Part shown: one piece after another, positions 50,799 to 63,469 of the stretch | How the letters are laid out: each line of letters begins with the position of its first letter | Position numbering within the stretch: position 1 is the first letter of the stretch | Assembly: GCA_028023455.1 (NCBI GenBank) | Contig: JAQFVV010000002.1 | Coordinates: forward strand, 21,886,001-21,950,000 | Source: Epiperipatus broadwayi | Taxonomy: Eukaryota; Animalia; Onychophora | Direction: 5' to 3' | Length of the DNA: 64,000 nucleotides | The notes under the pieces: generated by a model | Database searches by the model: none | The model's input: only the letters and a program-made list of their open reading frames with translations | Told to the model about the DNA's origin: nothing | Program-made: the position numbers and the translations under genes

Positions 50799-52997
50799 TA
50801 TAATCATGTAATGTAAATATCATATAGTCTTACAAGATGGGGCTACAGTTTGATTTTTTGTTTTAATTTTTATAATTTTATTAAAAAATAATAATTATAA
50901 TATGCTGTTGTTAGAATTGAAAGTAAAATGGCACTTTAAGTGAATATGTTGTGGTTTTAATACATGGAAAGACCCCTCTTTCTGGACTATTGACATATGT
51001 GTAAATGAGTAGTATTAGTTACAATTTTTCTATAGGCAATGAAATAAGAAATAATCCATGGCTTTTTTATGCCCACATTGCGTCTGTGAATCGAAATGCT
51101 AGAAATTAATGTCTGAGTTTTTAATAATCTGATCATTATTGAGTTCAAGATGCAATTTTTCATGTTGTTGGATATGTTGTCGTGTTTAAAAACATGCCAA
51201 TATTTGATTTTGTTTGCAAATAACCAAGAAAAGTATCAGTGAATTTGTATACTTTGTTAATTATGTTAGTTATACATTTATTGTGTTGGGTATGGTGAAA
51301 TAGTGTAAGTGTTATTTATATTGTTGAAAATAAATTTTAGAGAATAATTGTCATTAGAATAATAGAAATATGTCAAATCTTTTGTTAATTTATAGATATT
51401 TATTTAAGGATGTATGTTTGTTTTTAAATTTTTTTTATCTTAAGTATTAAGTATATGTTTTTAAAAAAATGACTTTAATAGAAGGGTAAAAAGAAAGTAT
51501 TATCTACTGGACTTATAAATTATTTTTCATTCTTATTTTACCTTCTACTAAAAATATCCCGGCATCCATTTATCAAACAATATTAGATAGGCTACTTGGA
51601 TGATATATGAGCCATCTATTTGAAGAAAAAAAAATGTCTGTTTAGAATCTGAAAAAATCCAGACTAAAGTCTGAACTCTGGTTATGATCATATTAGGCAG
51701 ATGTTTACTGTTATACCACGAGATCCTCGATTTGTTTACATTTATATAATAGTGCGGTATCCAGCGGCACTCTATTGCCTGCTGGATTGCAAATATAAAT
51801 AACACATTATTACTAATTAATGAGGCGGCTCGGCAAGTAAATTTAAGTAACAATAATTTATTTTACTGAGTTATATGGAGATAATCGATCTTGTTTAATA
51901 TATACCAATTTATTTATTTTTTACCTTTAAATTATTTATTTATATATTACATATATTTTTTATAACGGGTATTATACTTTTACATTTATATATGACAATT
52001 ATATACACACGCTATATAAATAACAATAAGGGCCTGAAGGCATACCAAAATAATAATAAGATCAATACGACCTGAAATACTGTTCCTAAGTTTACTTTTG
52101 CACGTCCGGAGGTAAACTTCTCCGCAAGGCTAAGTAAAGGAGAGCTGACTGGAGCACCCGGGGAAATGGCACATCTGCTTTTCAGAAGCTGCATTTAGCA
52201 AGTGTCCTGTCTCACTTCTATTCTGGATCTTTTTCAACTTCTCCTTGTTTTTAGTGTAAACTCCCTTGATTGGCCATCCGCTGTCCACGTGGTGGTTATC
52301 TCTTGAGTTACCGTATTCGATCCCTGATCAGATAACGCAATTATCTTAGAATTGTCTATTTTAAGCACTGTTTCTATTATCATTAAATCTGATCAGGAAC
52401 TAAACATTAAGGTTTGCAATAATTTTGTTTGCTTTATCTTAATCCTTTGCTCGAATTCATCTAACTTTCTTGATAAGTTAGTTTATAGTTTTTCCAATAA
52501 TTCAACTATTTAATTAGACTAATTGCTTTTATAAAATATTGTGAATGCCATTGGCATCCACGCACATACTTTTAGTTTACCGTTATAATATCACACATTT
52601 AGCAAATAGTGAAACAGCCTTTCCAAGTTTTTACTAGATTAGAGTTTGAGCCTAATCTTTGATCGTATCAGGCAGATGCCCTATTGTTATACTGCAAGAT
52701 CCTTAAGGTGTGTGTAGATATAATACAATTGTGAAACAGTATTTAAATAGCTTATCATTGGGTAAAAGAATCTCTAATTTATTTACTGTATTCTTTACAC
52801 TATTTTTCTTAATGTTTGCCTATTAAAGATGAAATAAAAAATATTATTAAAATTAATTACTCTTAGTTTGATAATGAAGTCTGATGATTGTGTTTAGAGA
52901 TTAAGTCACTTTTGTACTAATATTTGTATAATAGAAATTAGCTGAATTACAGGAATCCTGTTTAACAGTATTCTACCTGTATAGAATTTTATGGTTT

Positions 52998-53047
52998 TAT
53001 TATATATTACATTGTTATCAATAGTGAAGAAAAATCTGAAATTACAA
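52998..53047 (+). repeat. PLE pseudo-LTR remnant, 5' copy (identical to 55461-55510)
   Basis: TATTATATATTACATTGTTATCAATAGTGAAGAAAAATCTGAAATTACAA, 50/50 identity. Confidence 0.85.
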
Positions 53048-53057
53048 TATTATAGAT

Positions 53058-55328
53058 ATGCATTATAACGAAAGAATTTGTCTAAAATTGGACACGTTAA
53101 TTAGAACTTTTCAGCAGCGTGTTTATTTTTTGCAAAATTGTAAGCAAGCGAATATTATTCCCAATTGCTGTAGAATTAGAGTAAATAGATCTATACGTAA
53201 TGTAGATATTGTCACTCGTGTTTTACAGCGTAAATTATTAAGCTGGATTATTAGCAATTGCAAGAAGGCGTTAAATAATAACAAGAAACTCCTGTTTAAG
53301 ATTACGTCAATAATGCCTGAGCCTCAATGGATCGTAAATAAATGTAATAATATTGAAAAAGGATTAGAGAAGAAATTCATAAAGAAATTAAGATTTCTAG
53401 CTAACAAACAAAATGTTGTTTTAACTGATATAGGAATAGAAGACACGTATGTTAATTTGTCTAGCGTTAGACCATCGGCTGAAATTAGATCGATCTTGAA
53501 TCTTGGACCTAAATTTGTAGGAGGAGGATGGAATCAATCTAAAATGGAAATAATAGCAGACACGGAAGCAGTTCTAATAAATTATCCTATGAAAGATAAT
53601 GTTATTTATGAGATTAATAGGATTATTAATGATAAGAAATTGAATACTGAAAATAATGGCTGGAACAATAAAGTTAAGAATGCAAAAAAGTTCTTTAATG
53701 TAAATAAAATTATTTGTCTTAAAGAGGACAAAGGCAATCGCTTCGTAATAATGGATGAAGTAGAATATAAAGAAAAGATGAGAATACAAATTCAAAAATT
53801 AGGCTTTGAATTGTCAGCTGAAGTTAATAATAGAATGAACAGAGAAACGTTTATCTCTTTAATCCTACGCAAGCATAAAAATAAAGGAATCAATCAAGCC
53901 GAATATTATAAATATATCCATCTGCCACATCACAACCACGGATGTTTGCAAATGCTAAAATACATAAACAAGGGACTCCCTTAAGACTAATGCTTGACTT
54001 TGGAGGCGTACATTATGCAAACACTGCAAAATTAATAAATTCATGCTTAATGGGCTTTATAGGATTTGGCAAATATACTATAAAATCTTCCTTTGAGTTT
54101 GTGGACTTAATTAAAAATGCAGCCATCGATGACAGTTTCAATATAGCAGCCATAGATATATCTGAACTCTATGGATCGATAAATAGAAAAGGTTCAATCA
54201 GGATAATTAAAGAAGAGCTTCAAAATAATCACTGTCCTGAACAGAAGATAGAATTTATCATTGATTTTATGAAATGGTTAGATGAGAATATATTTGCGAC
54301 GTTTGAAAATAGGTGGTATAGGATGAATAATGGATGGCCCATGAGTGGCATTGTATCTAGTGTTGTAATCGGTTATTTTGAAAAACAGATTATATCGAAG
54401 TTCCAAGAGCAAACACATGGAATAATTTATTGTAGGTATGTAGATGACATTTTCATCGCAGCACCTAAAATAATAATAACAGCCATTCAGGACGAAATGC
54501 AGGCACATACCAACTTGATATTTAACTGCACTGAAGAGAATGAGCTGAATACAATTAATTACTTGGACTTAATAATAGAAAGAACGCACAGATGCTTTAA
54601 TTACAACATGAAAGTAAAACCACATTAGAGAATACATCCATACTAAGTCCAAAACCCCAAGAGCCCACAAATTAGCAGGGCTTTCTGCCTTTTTGTTCAG
54701 GAATTACCATTTATGCAAATATGAAGAAAAAAGAAGAATAAATATTAACCAATATGTTAATGATCTTATGAAGGTTGGTTATGATTTAGTAACCATCAAT
54801 AAAAGAATCAAAACATTTTATGAAAACATAACCAAACCTAGCAGGGACAAAAAACAACATATATGTCTGCCATACATACCTAATATTGCAAGAAAACTAG
54901 TCAAAAAATTGCAGAATGAATTCACAGTAGGTTTTCGAACCCCTCCTAACACCAATAGAATTTTGAACAACTCTAAAGACAAGATTGACCCACAATCAAC
55001 ACCACACATGGTGTACAAGTTGACATGCCCTCAGGTATACTGTGGTGCAGTATACTATGGTGAGACTCGGGCCACTATAAACAATAGAGTGGCTCAGCAC
55101 AAATACTTATACAAAAGAGTATTAAGAAGAAACGAAGGCAGCTCAGTATTTGTGGATCACCAAAAAGAGGCTGATCATGAGTTTGAACCTGCAAATGCTA
55201 GTATAATTTCAACTGAAAGAAATGACATCAAAAGGAAGGTTAAAGAAGCATGGTATATAGCAAGAGATTTGAAGGCAATAAACAGGAGAGATACATGCTT
55301 CTCTATTTCAAAGAGATGGACAATATAA
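53058..55328 (+). pseudogene. PLE reverse transcriptase / GIY-YIG polyprotein ORF broken into three pieces
   Basis: Consecutive ORFs in different frames carry successive domains. Confidence 0.9.
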
Positions 55329-55365
55329 ATAAGCTTGCATAGATTTGCATAAATTACTACATTAG

Positions 55366-55409
55366 AAGGCTATGAATATGAGTTGTAAGCTCTGAAAGCA
55401 CTTAGCCTT
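55366..55409 (+). ncRNA. Variant type I HHR, family E (A3-U8), in the PLE 3' UTR
   Basis: AAGGCU AUGAAUA U-GAG-UUGUAAG-CUC-U GAAA GCAC UU^AGCCUU; perfect 6-bp stem I; 37 nt after the ORF stop. Confidence 0.68.
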
Positions 55410-55510
55410 AAGAAATATTAATATAATTGTTCAATTTAATTTCACTATATATGTTAAGCATATTATATATTACATTGTTATCAATAGTGAAGAAAAATCT
55501 GAAATTACAA

Positions 55511-55810
55511 ATATATATGGTATATGAGCACAGACTTTCACACACCCCATCACTCTCCACACTATCTCATAACACTGATACACCTGAACACATATATGTT
55601 GAAAAGATAAATAATCATCAATATACGTATTTCATGCTAAACCAGCAATCATCAGTTGGTCCAGATTACCATCTCTACACATATATGCTATAAGTGCTCA
55701 GATATATAGTAATATAGCCAATCCTCATACTTCAATGGACAGGCCTCAATCTACTCCACACTCCAACCGTCCATCCAATTCAAAATCTGATGATGAAATG
55801 CTCAAAGGCT
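55511..55810 (-). mobile_element. Family A partial monomer abutting the PLE 3' end; HHR at 55617-55660 with intact core
   Basis: ACCAA CUGAUGA UUGCU GGUUU AGCAU GAAA UACGUAU A^UUGAU. Confidence 0.85.
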
Positions 55811-56434
55811 TTTATTTTTAAATGTATTTTTACATTATCCAAATGATGCAAAATTTAGAAAATCTTTTAAATCAACTGTGAATGTGGAAAAATAACTTTG
55901 AGTATTTGATTCTTATAAAAATATATATTCTAATGTTAATATCGACTTAGGGCGCACTTCATTTAATACCACTAAAACTCAATAGCCAGTGTTGTTAGTT
56001 GGTAAGAAAAGCAATAGAAATTATCCCTTATATATTATTTTTCAAATTCATTAATTTTATTAATGATTAGTTAAAATAAGGGGAAGGGTGGTCAGTGCAT
56101 TGGTAATGAAAGTCCTGGGTTTGGTATTATTGAAGTGGTTGTTTTATTTAGAATCCAGAAATTGAAAAGTATTCCATCAATGTTAATAGAATTACACAGA
56201 AATGAGATTGCTTCTTATAATTTATGGTAAGTTGCCAAATTGTGTACTTACCTGAATGAGCTTATTATAATATCTTTGAAATTCATCCAAATTTTTTTTA
56301 TTTTATTAGAGGTTCTAATTGGGTTAAGTTTTCAAAAAATTAAAAAAATGATAGCAGAGACATATTTGACTAGAAAATTAAAGATTGATAACAATAAATT
56401 GCCTAATGGAAGCTAATGTATTCTTACTGTGAAG

Positions 56435-56517
56435 CATTGGCCGGGAAGCGAACTCGCAAACCCGGGACAACTGCTTGTAAGGCAGCTGTGCTGACCACTC
56501 GGCCACCAACGCTTGAC
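56435..56517 (-). mobile_element. tRNA-derived short SINE
   Basis: Reverse complement: GTCAAGCGTTGGTGGCCGAGTGGTCAGCACAGCTGCCTTACAAGCAGTTGTCCCGGGTTTGCGAGTTCGCTTCCCGGCC. Confidence 0.8.
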
Positions 56518-56976
56518 ATTTCATATAATTTTTTGATAAGTATTTTCCTATTACAGAGAAGTTATATTTGAAAGAATGGTTTTTAATGGTTTTATAAGGA
56601 ATGACTAGATTACTAAACAAAAAGTAATTTGAAATTAATTTTTAGAACATCGTAATTTGTTAACTTTAATTCCTGCATAAAAAATGATTTCATAAATCAT
56701 AAAGATGTCTCAAGACATTTTTGTAAAAACGTATTCTAGCATGGAGGACTTTAGATATCTTTTTTTTTTAAAATCTTAACTGCTAGTTATCTTAAATTAT
56801 GTATGCATATATATATTTAGACTACGTGTTATCCAGTTAAGGATTTGTTTCTTTTACATATTTTTTAATAGAGAAAATAATATTGAACTTATTTCAAGAA
56901 AGTTTAATGTTCTATGCACATATCATTGAAACATATTTCAAAGACTATAGTCTATGTGAATTAGAAAACCGGGCGC

Positions 56977-57476
56977 NNNNNNNNNNNNNNNNNNNNNNNN
57001 NNNNNNNNNNNNNNNNNNNNNNNNNNNNNNNNNNNNNNNNNNNNNNNNNNNNNNNNNNNNNNNNNNNNNNNNNNNNNNNNNNNNNNNNNNNNNNNNNNNN
57101 NNNNNNNNNNNNNNNNNNNNNNNNNNNNNNNNNNNNNNNNNNNNNNNNNNNNNNNNNNNNNNNNNNNNNNNNNNNNNNNNNNNNNNNNNNNNNNNNNNNN
57201 NNNNNNNNNNNNNNNNNNNNNNNNNNNNNNNNNNNNNNNNNNNNNNNNNNNNNNNNNNNNNNNNNNNNNNNNNNNNNNNNNNNNNNNNNNNNNNNNNNNN
57301 NNNNNNNNNNNNNNNNNNNNNNNNNNNNNNNNNNNNNNNNNNNNNNNNNNNNNNNNNNNNNNNNNNNNNNNNNNNNNNNNNNNNNNNNNNNNNNNNNNNN
57401 NNNNNNNNNNNNNNNNNNNNNNNNNNNNNNNNNNNNNNNNNNNNNNNNNNNNNNNNNNNNNNNNNNNNNNNNNNNN
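56977..57476. other. Assembly gap (500 N)
   Basis: Run of N. Confidence 1.
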
Positions 57477-58215
57477 TTGAACCCTTGAAAATCACCACAA
57501 ACAAAAGATTGGTAATATGACTTTTATATCTATTTTTTCTTTTAATGATACTGGTCTTCTAATAAACATTTTAGCAATAAAGTGGTATATTTTATTTAAA
57601 GAACTTTAAAGACTATTCAGATCGATTAAAAACAAGAATGTCTTACTAATAATAACTTTGAGCTACACAATGATCTTGATTGTATAAAAATTATTTGTTT
57701 ATTAATTTTACAGTTATGAAAAGTATTAATGTGTAAAACAATTTTTCATGGTATTATGATTTTAGTTTTAACTAAATATATTATTATTATTTGGGTTTTA
57801 AATAATATTTTGTTATTATGGGAGTAAAACATGCACATACATAATGATATTTTATATGTGTATAATCATTAGTGAATGAAAAATAATGAGTAGTATTAGA
57901 ATATTAGATTATTTTGCTTTCAAGTTAAGTATTAGTATTCAGAGGGTAGAAGAACGGGGGGGGGAAATAATGATTTAAAATTATTTTCTAAAAACTTGCT
58001 CTTTCAATTCTACTAACATTTTTTTAGCATTCTATTTACACAAGGATTTTTTAAAGTATGTGTGCTTAATGAGTTGATAATATTTTTTTTTCTTTGAAAT
58101 ACTTTTTCATGGGAGGAAAATCAAGGTCAATGTGACATCCAACTTAATACAAGATACTTTTGAAGTGTATACGGAAAGAACTTAAAAGTTAATCTTGAGG
58201 ATTGTTATATAATCA

Positions 58216-58311
<96 letters not shown>
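58216..58311. repeat. (ATT)n microsatellite, ~32 units
   Basis: Direct reading. Confidence 0.98.
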
Positions 58312-58313
<2 letters not shown>

Positions 58314-59649
58314 TTTGTGTCAAATTTTCATATTTATTTAGAAATTTTTATGTATATGTTAGAAGTAGAGTAATAAATATTAGGTTTGTTTTATTAAACG
58401 AGGCGTATATATTTCATTAAGTGTAGTCTTTGTTATTGTGATTATTCATCATCAATAAATGGTTGAATATTAGTTATTTAATATATAAGTAAGTATGCTA
58501 AAATTAAGCAATAATTATGAATTTCTTTTATAAAATTTAGTTTTATAAGTTTAGGCTTAGTCCTAGAGCTGTAGTTGAAAACCTTTGTCATTATTGTTAT
58601 TGAAGTTATCATCATCATCAATTGCTATCAATGTTTTAATTAATTATCTGTTTAACTGTTTAAAGGCTATAAATAAATATTGATTTTATAATATTTAGTG
58701 ATTTCTTAGTATTATTATCACTTCACATCCCGTCATCTATTTCATGCAAGGATGAGTGAATTGCCATCCTAAATTAGTTATATATAATCTGAGCTAGTAA
58801 ACTTATAAAAATATTTAAAACACATATTTGTTATGTTAAGATCTGAGAAATGATTTATGTCTAGTATACTCCACTTTGGCTTCAGGATGTTTTACTTTTT
58901 ACCTAAATATTAGTGCATATAGTGACATGGCTCCAAAGCAAAATCCTCCTATTTTATTAGAAATAAAGTACCAAGTATGTGGATATAAACCCGGTATATG
59001 TGAAAGGTTATCAGATATAACCATGTCTCAGATTCAGACAATCTAGAAAGTGGCACCCTCTTTTGCTAGACCATATTCACTTAGTATTTGTTTAAAAGCA
59101 TGCACTTAATATCAAACCAAGAAATGAAAGTGGATAAAACCTACTGTCTGTATTACCTTGAGTTATATTTATTGAATTAATAGTGTACTCACTTCACGTG
59201 ATTTCAGAGACCTGAAGTTATAATACTTGTTAATAATAATACTTATTAATAATTTGCTGGCATCTATGGAATGCTCGTATATTGGAAAACATTATGATCT
59301 ATTCTATGGACTACTCATGTATGGCAATATCTTTTGAACAATCTTTAATTATGTTACTGCCTTGGACACTCATAACTGGGGCCTGAGATTTTGCCACATA
59401 TCTGAAAAAAGAGAGTCTATAGAATGATAGATGTGGTGGTTAAAAAATAGAGAAATTTTTTTTTTAGTAAATTTTTTTTTTGTTTTACAAAAATTTTCAT
59501 TAAAACAGTCTTATTTTAGATTATGATGTTTAATATGATTTAGTTTTTCATTGATGATGATAAATGGGTACAGCGATAAAACAGCTTGTTTTTTTGCATC
59601 AATTTTGAAAACAGAGATGAATATCACAACTTAATGACAAAGGTGAAAT

Positions 59650-60860
59650 AAATAATAGATTTTTTTTAGGAAATATTGAAATAATTTATTGCCAGATAGG
59701 ATAGGCATTGTAATAGTGATAAATTATGGAATAGTAGTCTCAAGGTAGAAGTTTGGGGGAGTTCATTTTGGTAAAAAGTCTAATGATTTTAGAGGTTTGA
59801 TTGGATGGTTGATCATTGGAGTTTGTTACCACTTTGCAGTTTTGATGATGAGGTGAGAGTTTTGTCATTGCCTTGAGAATGCTGTGTATTTCATGTAACT
59901 TATGAATGATCAAACCCATTCACTGCTCCAACCCAATTTATATTGTTATCTTTATTTTATCATGAAGCTTAGTTAACAGCAGACCTGCCATGATACCTTC
60001 CAGCCTCTATAAGTCTCCCAAAGAGAGATCACGGTATACTTTTCCATCCTAAGCTTATATGTTATTCTTTATGTTATCATGAAACAGTTAACAGTAGTTC
60101 TGCCATGATGTCAGCCCATAAGTCTCCAACATATATAAAAAAGGTAGTTTTCAGTAATCTATAATAAGCAGGGGCATTTCTTGATACTTGCCACATAAGA
60201 CTCTGAAGAGAGAGAGCAAGGCATTGTTTATCTACTTTAGCCCCTAAGATTTAAAAATACATCTTTTATTGCAACAGAGTTTAGTTCTATTCAATCAAGG
60301 GGGGTAGTAGTTAATAGTGATCGAATTGGGATGATTTTCTGAGTGCTTCGTGGATGCATTGTGTGATTATAGTGCTGGAATGAATTCTTTTATTTATCTC
60401 AGATTGTGAAATTCAAGAATTATTCTGTGGACTGTCAATATCTGGCTGGATTTCTGGAGAATGGATGAATGTATAATTTGGGCTATTACAGATTGACATG
60501 TACCTATATAGATTATTGTTGTGTAGTTCATTGGGGCTTAAGGATATTAAATTTTTTTTTGTTGTATTTATAGTTTATAATAAGGTGAAAATCAAATCAG
60601 TCAGTTGGTCAGAATAGGTGTCAGACAGTGAGAAGATGTGGATTCGATGGTCAGGGAAGCACAGATGGGATATATATAGTTTTATAACATGAGTGAACTA
60701 AATTATAGTGGCGAAGAGGTTATGAAAGAGGGTTGTGCCCCAATAGCAGGAATTGTGTGATCATTTTCATAATGAAGAAGAGGATAGGGAAATTGCCTTT
60801 AAAAAGCTTTAAGAAAAAGAGGAAATAGAGGGAAATATTTCTAAAGTCAGTAAGGGGTTA
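59650..60860 (-). mobile_element. Highly decayed I/Jockey-like LINE (AP endonuclease to RT start)
   Basis: Minus-strand remnants HNSCYWG (~60760), SDQ (SDH-like, ~60610), KTAK (~59840). Confidence 0.4.
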
Positions 60861-60879
60861 ATAAGGCCTCAAGTATAGA

Positions 60880-61500
60880 AATGGGTAGATGAGGAGCCAG
60901 AAGGGCCCGGCTCAGATAGAAAAGATAGCACCATCAGACATGGACAAGATAATGCAGATGCTCAGAAGTATGAGAGAGGAGAGTAAGCACACCATGATAA
61001 ATCTATAATGAAAGACAGAAAATAAAATAAAAGTATGGTAAATCTAGAACAAAAGATGGAGAAAAATATAGAAAGTCTAAGAGAAGAGGGTAAGAAAAGT
61101 ATGGAAAGTATCAGGACAAAGATATGTCAATCCATAGAGAGTATAATAGAAGGTTTAAGTCAAAGATCACTAGTGTGTTAAAAGATGTTTTTAGATTGTA
61201 AGAATCATTCGATAATAGAGAAAGGAGCGAGAGATTAGAGGAAATAAAATAGGTAAATCAGCTAATATACTGATAGAGTAGAGTAGATCACAAGAAAAGG
61301 AAAGGCCAATAGTAGCCATAAAATCTAATCTCTCAGTAAAAAGAATACATCTGAGGTGATGGACAGAGAGCAGATTGGGATAGATCATGAAGTGAAAAAA
61401 GTGAAACTAGAGTTGAGGAAAAACTTCATGCATCCAATAAGATGATTGACGAAAGAGGGGCAATAAGGAAGATGAAACCAGTTATTTTAGAAAGAGAGCA
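60880..61500 (+). pseudogene. Decayed purine-rich coiled-coil coding remnant, probably retroelement gag/ORF1
   Basis: DMDKIMQMLRSMREESK / MVNLEQKMEKNIESLREEGKKSMESIR, broken by stops. Confidence 0.35.
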
Positions 61501-61589
61501 AAAAGTTTCCTAAAGTCTTTAGTTGTCAATCTAGTAACAAACCAGCATGTGTGGTTTCAAAATCTGTCTTTTCAAATAGATTGGACATA

Positions 61590-62105
61590 CCTTATATATG
61601 TGGTACAGAGAGTCAATTTATAGGAGAGTTTAAAAATAAATTATACATGGCATAGAGAGTCAATCTCTCTGAAGAGTTTAAATGTCCAATATATATGGGA
61701 CAGAGAATCTATCTTTCTGAAAATGTAAATGCCCTGAAAAAGTTAAATGTCCCTTATATAAGGTACAAAGAGTCAACCTTTCAGAAAATTTAAAAATAAA
61801 TTTCATATGGGGCTCAGAGAATCAACCTCTTGGAAGATTTAAGGATGAATTATATATGGTACAGAGAATCTATATCTCTGAAAAATCAAAATGCTCTGGA
61901 AAATTTAAATGTGCCTTATATATGGCACAAAGAGCCAAATCCTTTCTAGAAAATTTAAAAATAAATTATATGTGGCCCAGAGAATCACCTTCAAAGTCAT
62001 TTTAAGGATGATCTATATATGGTACAGGGAGTCAATTTTTCTGGAAAGTTTAAAAATAAAGCATGTATGGTATAGAGAGTCAATCTCTCTGAAAACTTCA
62101 AGGTA
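61590..62105. repeat. Minisatellite, ~47-48-bp unit, with a ~162-bp higher-order trimer
   Basis: The TGGxACAGAGA-like anchor recurs at 61601, 61648, 61696, 61761, 61808, 61857, 61923, 61973, 62020 and 62068. Confidence 0.85.
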
Positions 62106-62789
62106 TATTACATAGGTACCAAGAGAGGCCATATTTTAAATGGAGTTTGTAAGAGGAGGTTATATAAAATAAATCCTCCGGATATGTTTTATAAATATCC
62201 AGTCAAGGGGGAAAATGTAAAGTTATTAGAAATGGATACTGATGTACATGTGCAATTTTATGCAGACTACAATATGTTTCATGTGCTAGGTAAAGATCTC
62301 CAAACAAATTACTTTTGGGTTTTCTAATGAAAAATATATTTACCAGTAGTTGTTAAAAATTTTTTTTGATTAATAGTATGTTTATTATTATTATGTATTT
62401 ATTAGTTGGTAGCATTTTTAAATATAGTTAAAACAAAAAAGGGGATGATTTTATCCGAAGGGGGAGAAAGGGTGCCATTACACCCTAGTCAATCAGCTAA
62501 ATTTATAGTAATGTGCATGTAGAAAAGGTAAACCAAAAATCATCAATGCTCATTTTAATATAACCATAAATGAAGTTCCAGGGCAATACAAGTTCAAACC
62601 CTACAAATCCAGTTCTAAAATGCTTTAGATAGAAAGAGAGGGGGTCAACAATTATATGCTTTATTTGTTTGTGTGTTGATAGAAAGGTTATACACAATTT
62701 AAACTATTTAATATTTAAATTTTCTGTTAAAAAGCAGTTATAGTTTCATACGAGTAGGCAATGTATGTGTAAGCAAAGTAATAAAAAAT

Positions 62790-63055
62790 GTAATTCTACC
62801 CCCCCCCATAAACATCTGTAATAATTAGAAAAACAAATTAATTTATGTATGACTGAGATTTTGTTTTTGTTCTGTTTCTTTTTTTTTAATTGGGTAAAAA
62901 TGAGATGAAAAAATGAATATAAATTGTTTATATTAATTAAAAGTTTAAACTCTTATTATTTTATTATTACGAACTTTCCTGCCAGTCTACTGCGGATCGG
63001 TAAAAAACTTCTGTGGCCCAGCACCGGTTCACGGAGCAAGGGTTGAAGACCACTG
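62790..63055 (+). mobile_element. hAT-type MITE, right part with TIR GGTTGAAGACCACTG (63041-63055)
   Basis: Matches 18770-18995; the TIR is the reverse complement of 18554-18568. Confidence 0.75.
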
Positions 63056-63469
63056 AATTAAATAATCATTAACAATGGGCAAACATAAATTTATTCATAA
63101 TGCTGTTTTCAAATAATTAATAATGATTTCAACGCAATTGAAATTAAACAACTATACAAAAATAAATATTTTCTTTATTATCAACTGTTTTTTGATTGTG
63201 TTGAAATAATTATTATGGGTTAAATAAATAAGTAAAAATATGAAGAAAATTTATAACATTTATTAAAATAAATTTTTATAAATAATTTAAATCTATGTAA
63301 GATGGCTTAAATCAAGAAAAAATAAATTGAAATACTGGTAATTAAATTTCTAATTTTTGAAAAAAGAAAGTTAATTTGATCAGATTTACTGATAACAAAA
63401 ATGAATCTATAATATTGATTTTCAAAAATCTTAAACTTTTCACTTTTCAGCAAAAAAACTTTTATTATT

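Larger units (their letters stand above)
52998..55510 (+). mobile_element. Penelope-like element (PLE), near full length, RT + C-terminal GIY-YIG endonuclease, frameshifted
   Basis: ORF pieces 53058-53984, 53942-54628 and 54693-55328. Motifs: NLSS..LNLGPKF, EDKGNRFVIMD, DISELYGSI, GWPMSG, YCRYVDDIF, INYLDL, VYKLTC..C..VYYGET..R..QH, KEAWYI..IN. Flanked by a 50-bp direct repeat. Confidence 0.93.

Noticed and set aside
56435-56517. Functional tRNA gene
   Set aside because: The acceptor stem does not close, and sister copies have A tails and TSDs; treated as a SINE.
56883-58420. Long ORFs across the N gap and the poly-Leu ORF at 58202-58420
   Set aside because: Artefacts of the N run and the (ATT)n repeat.
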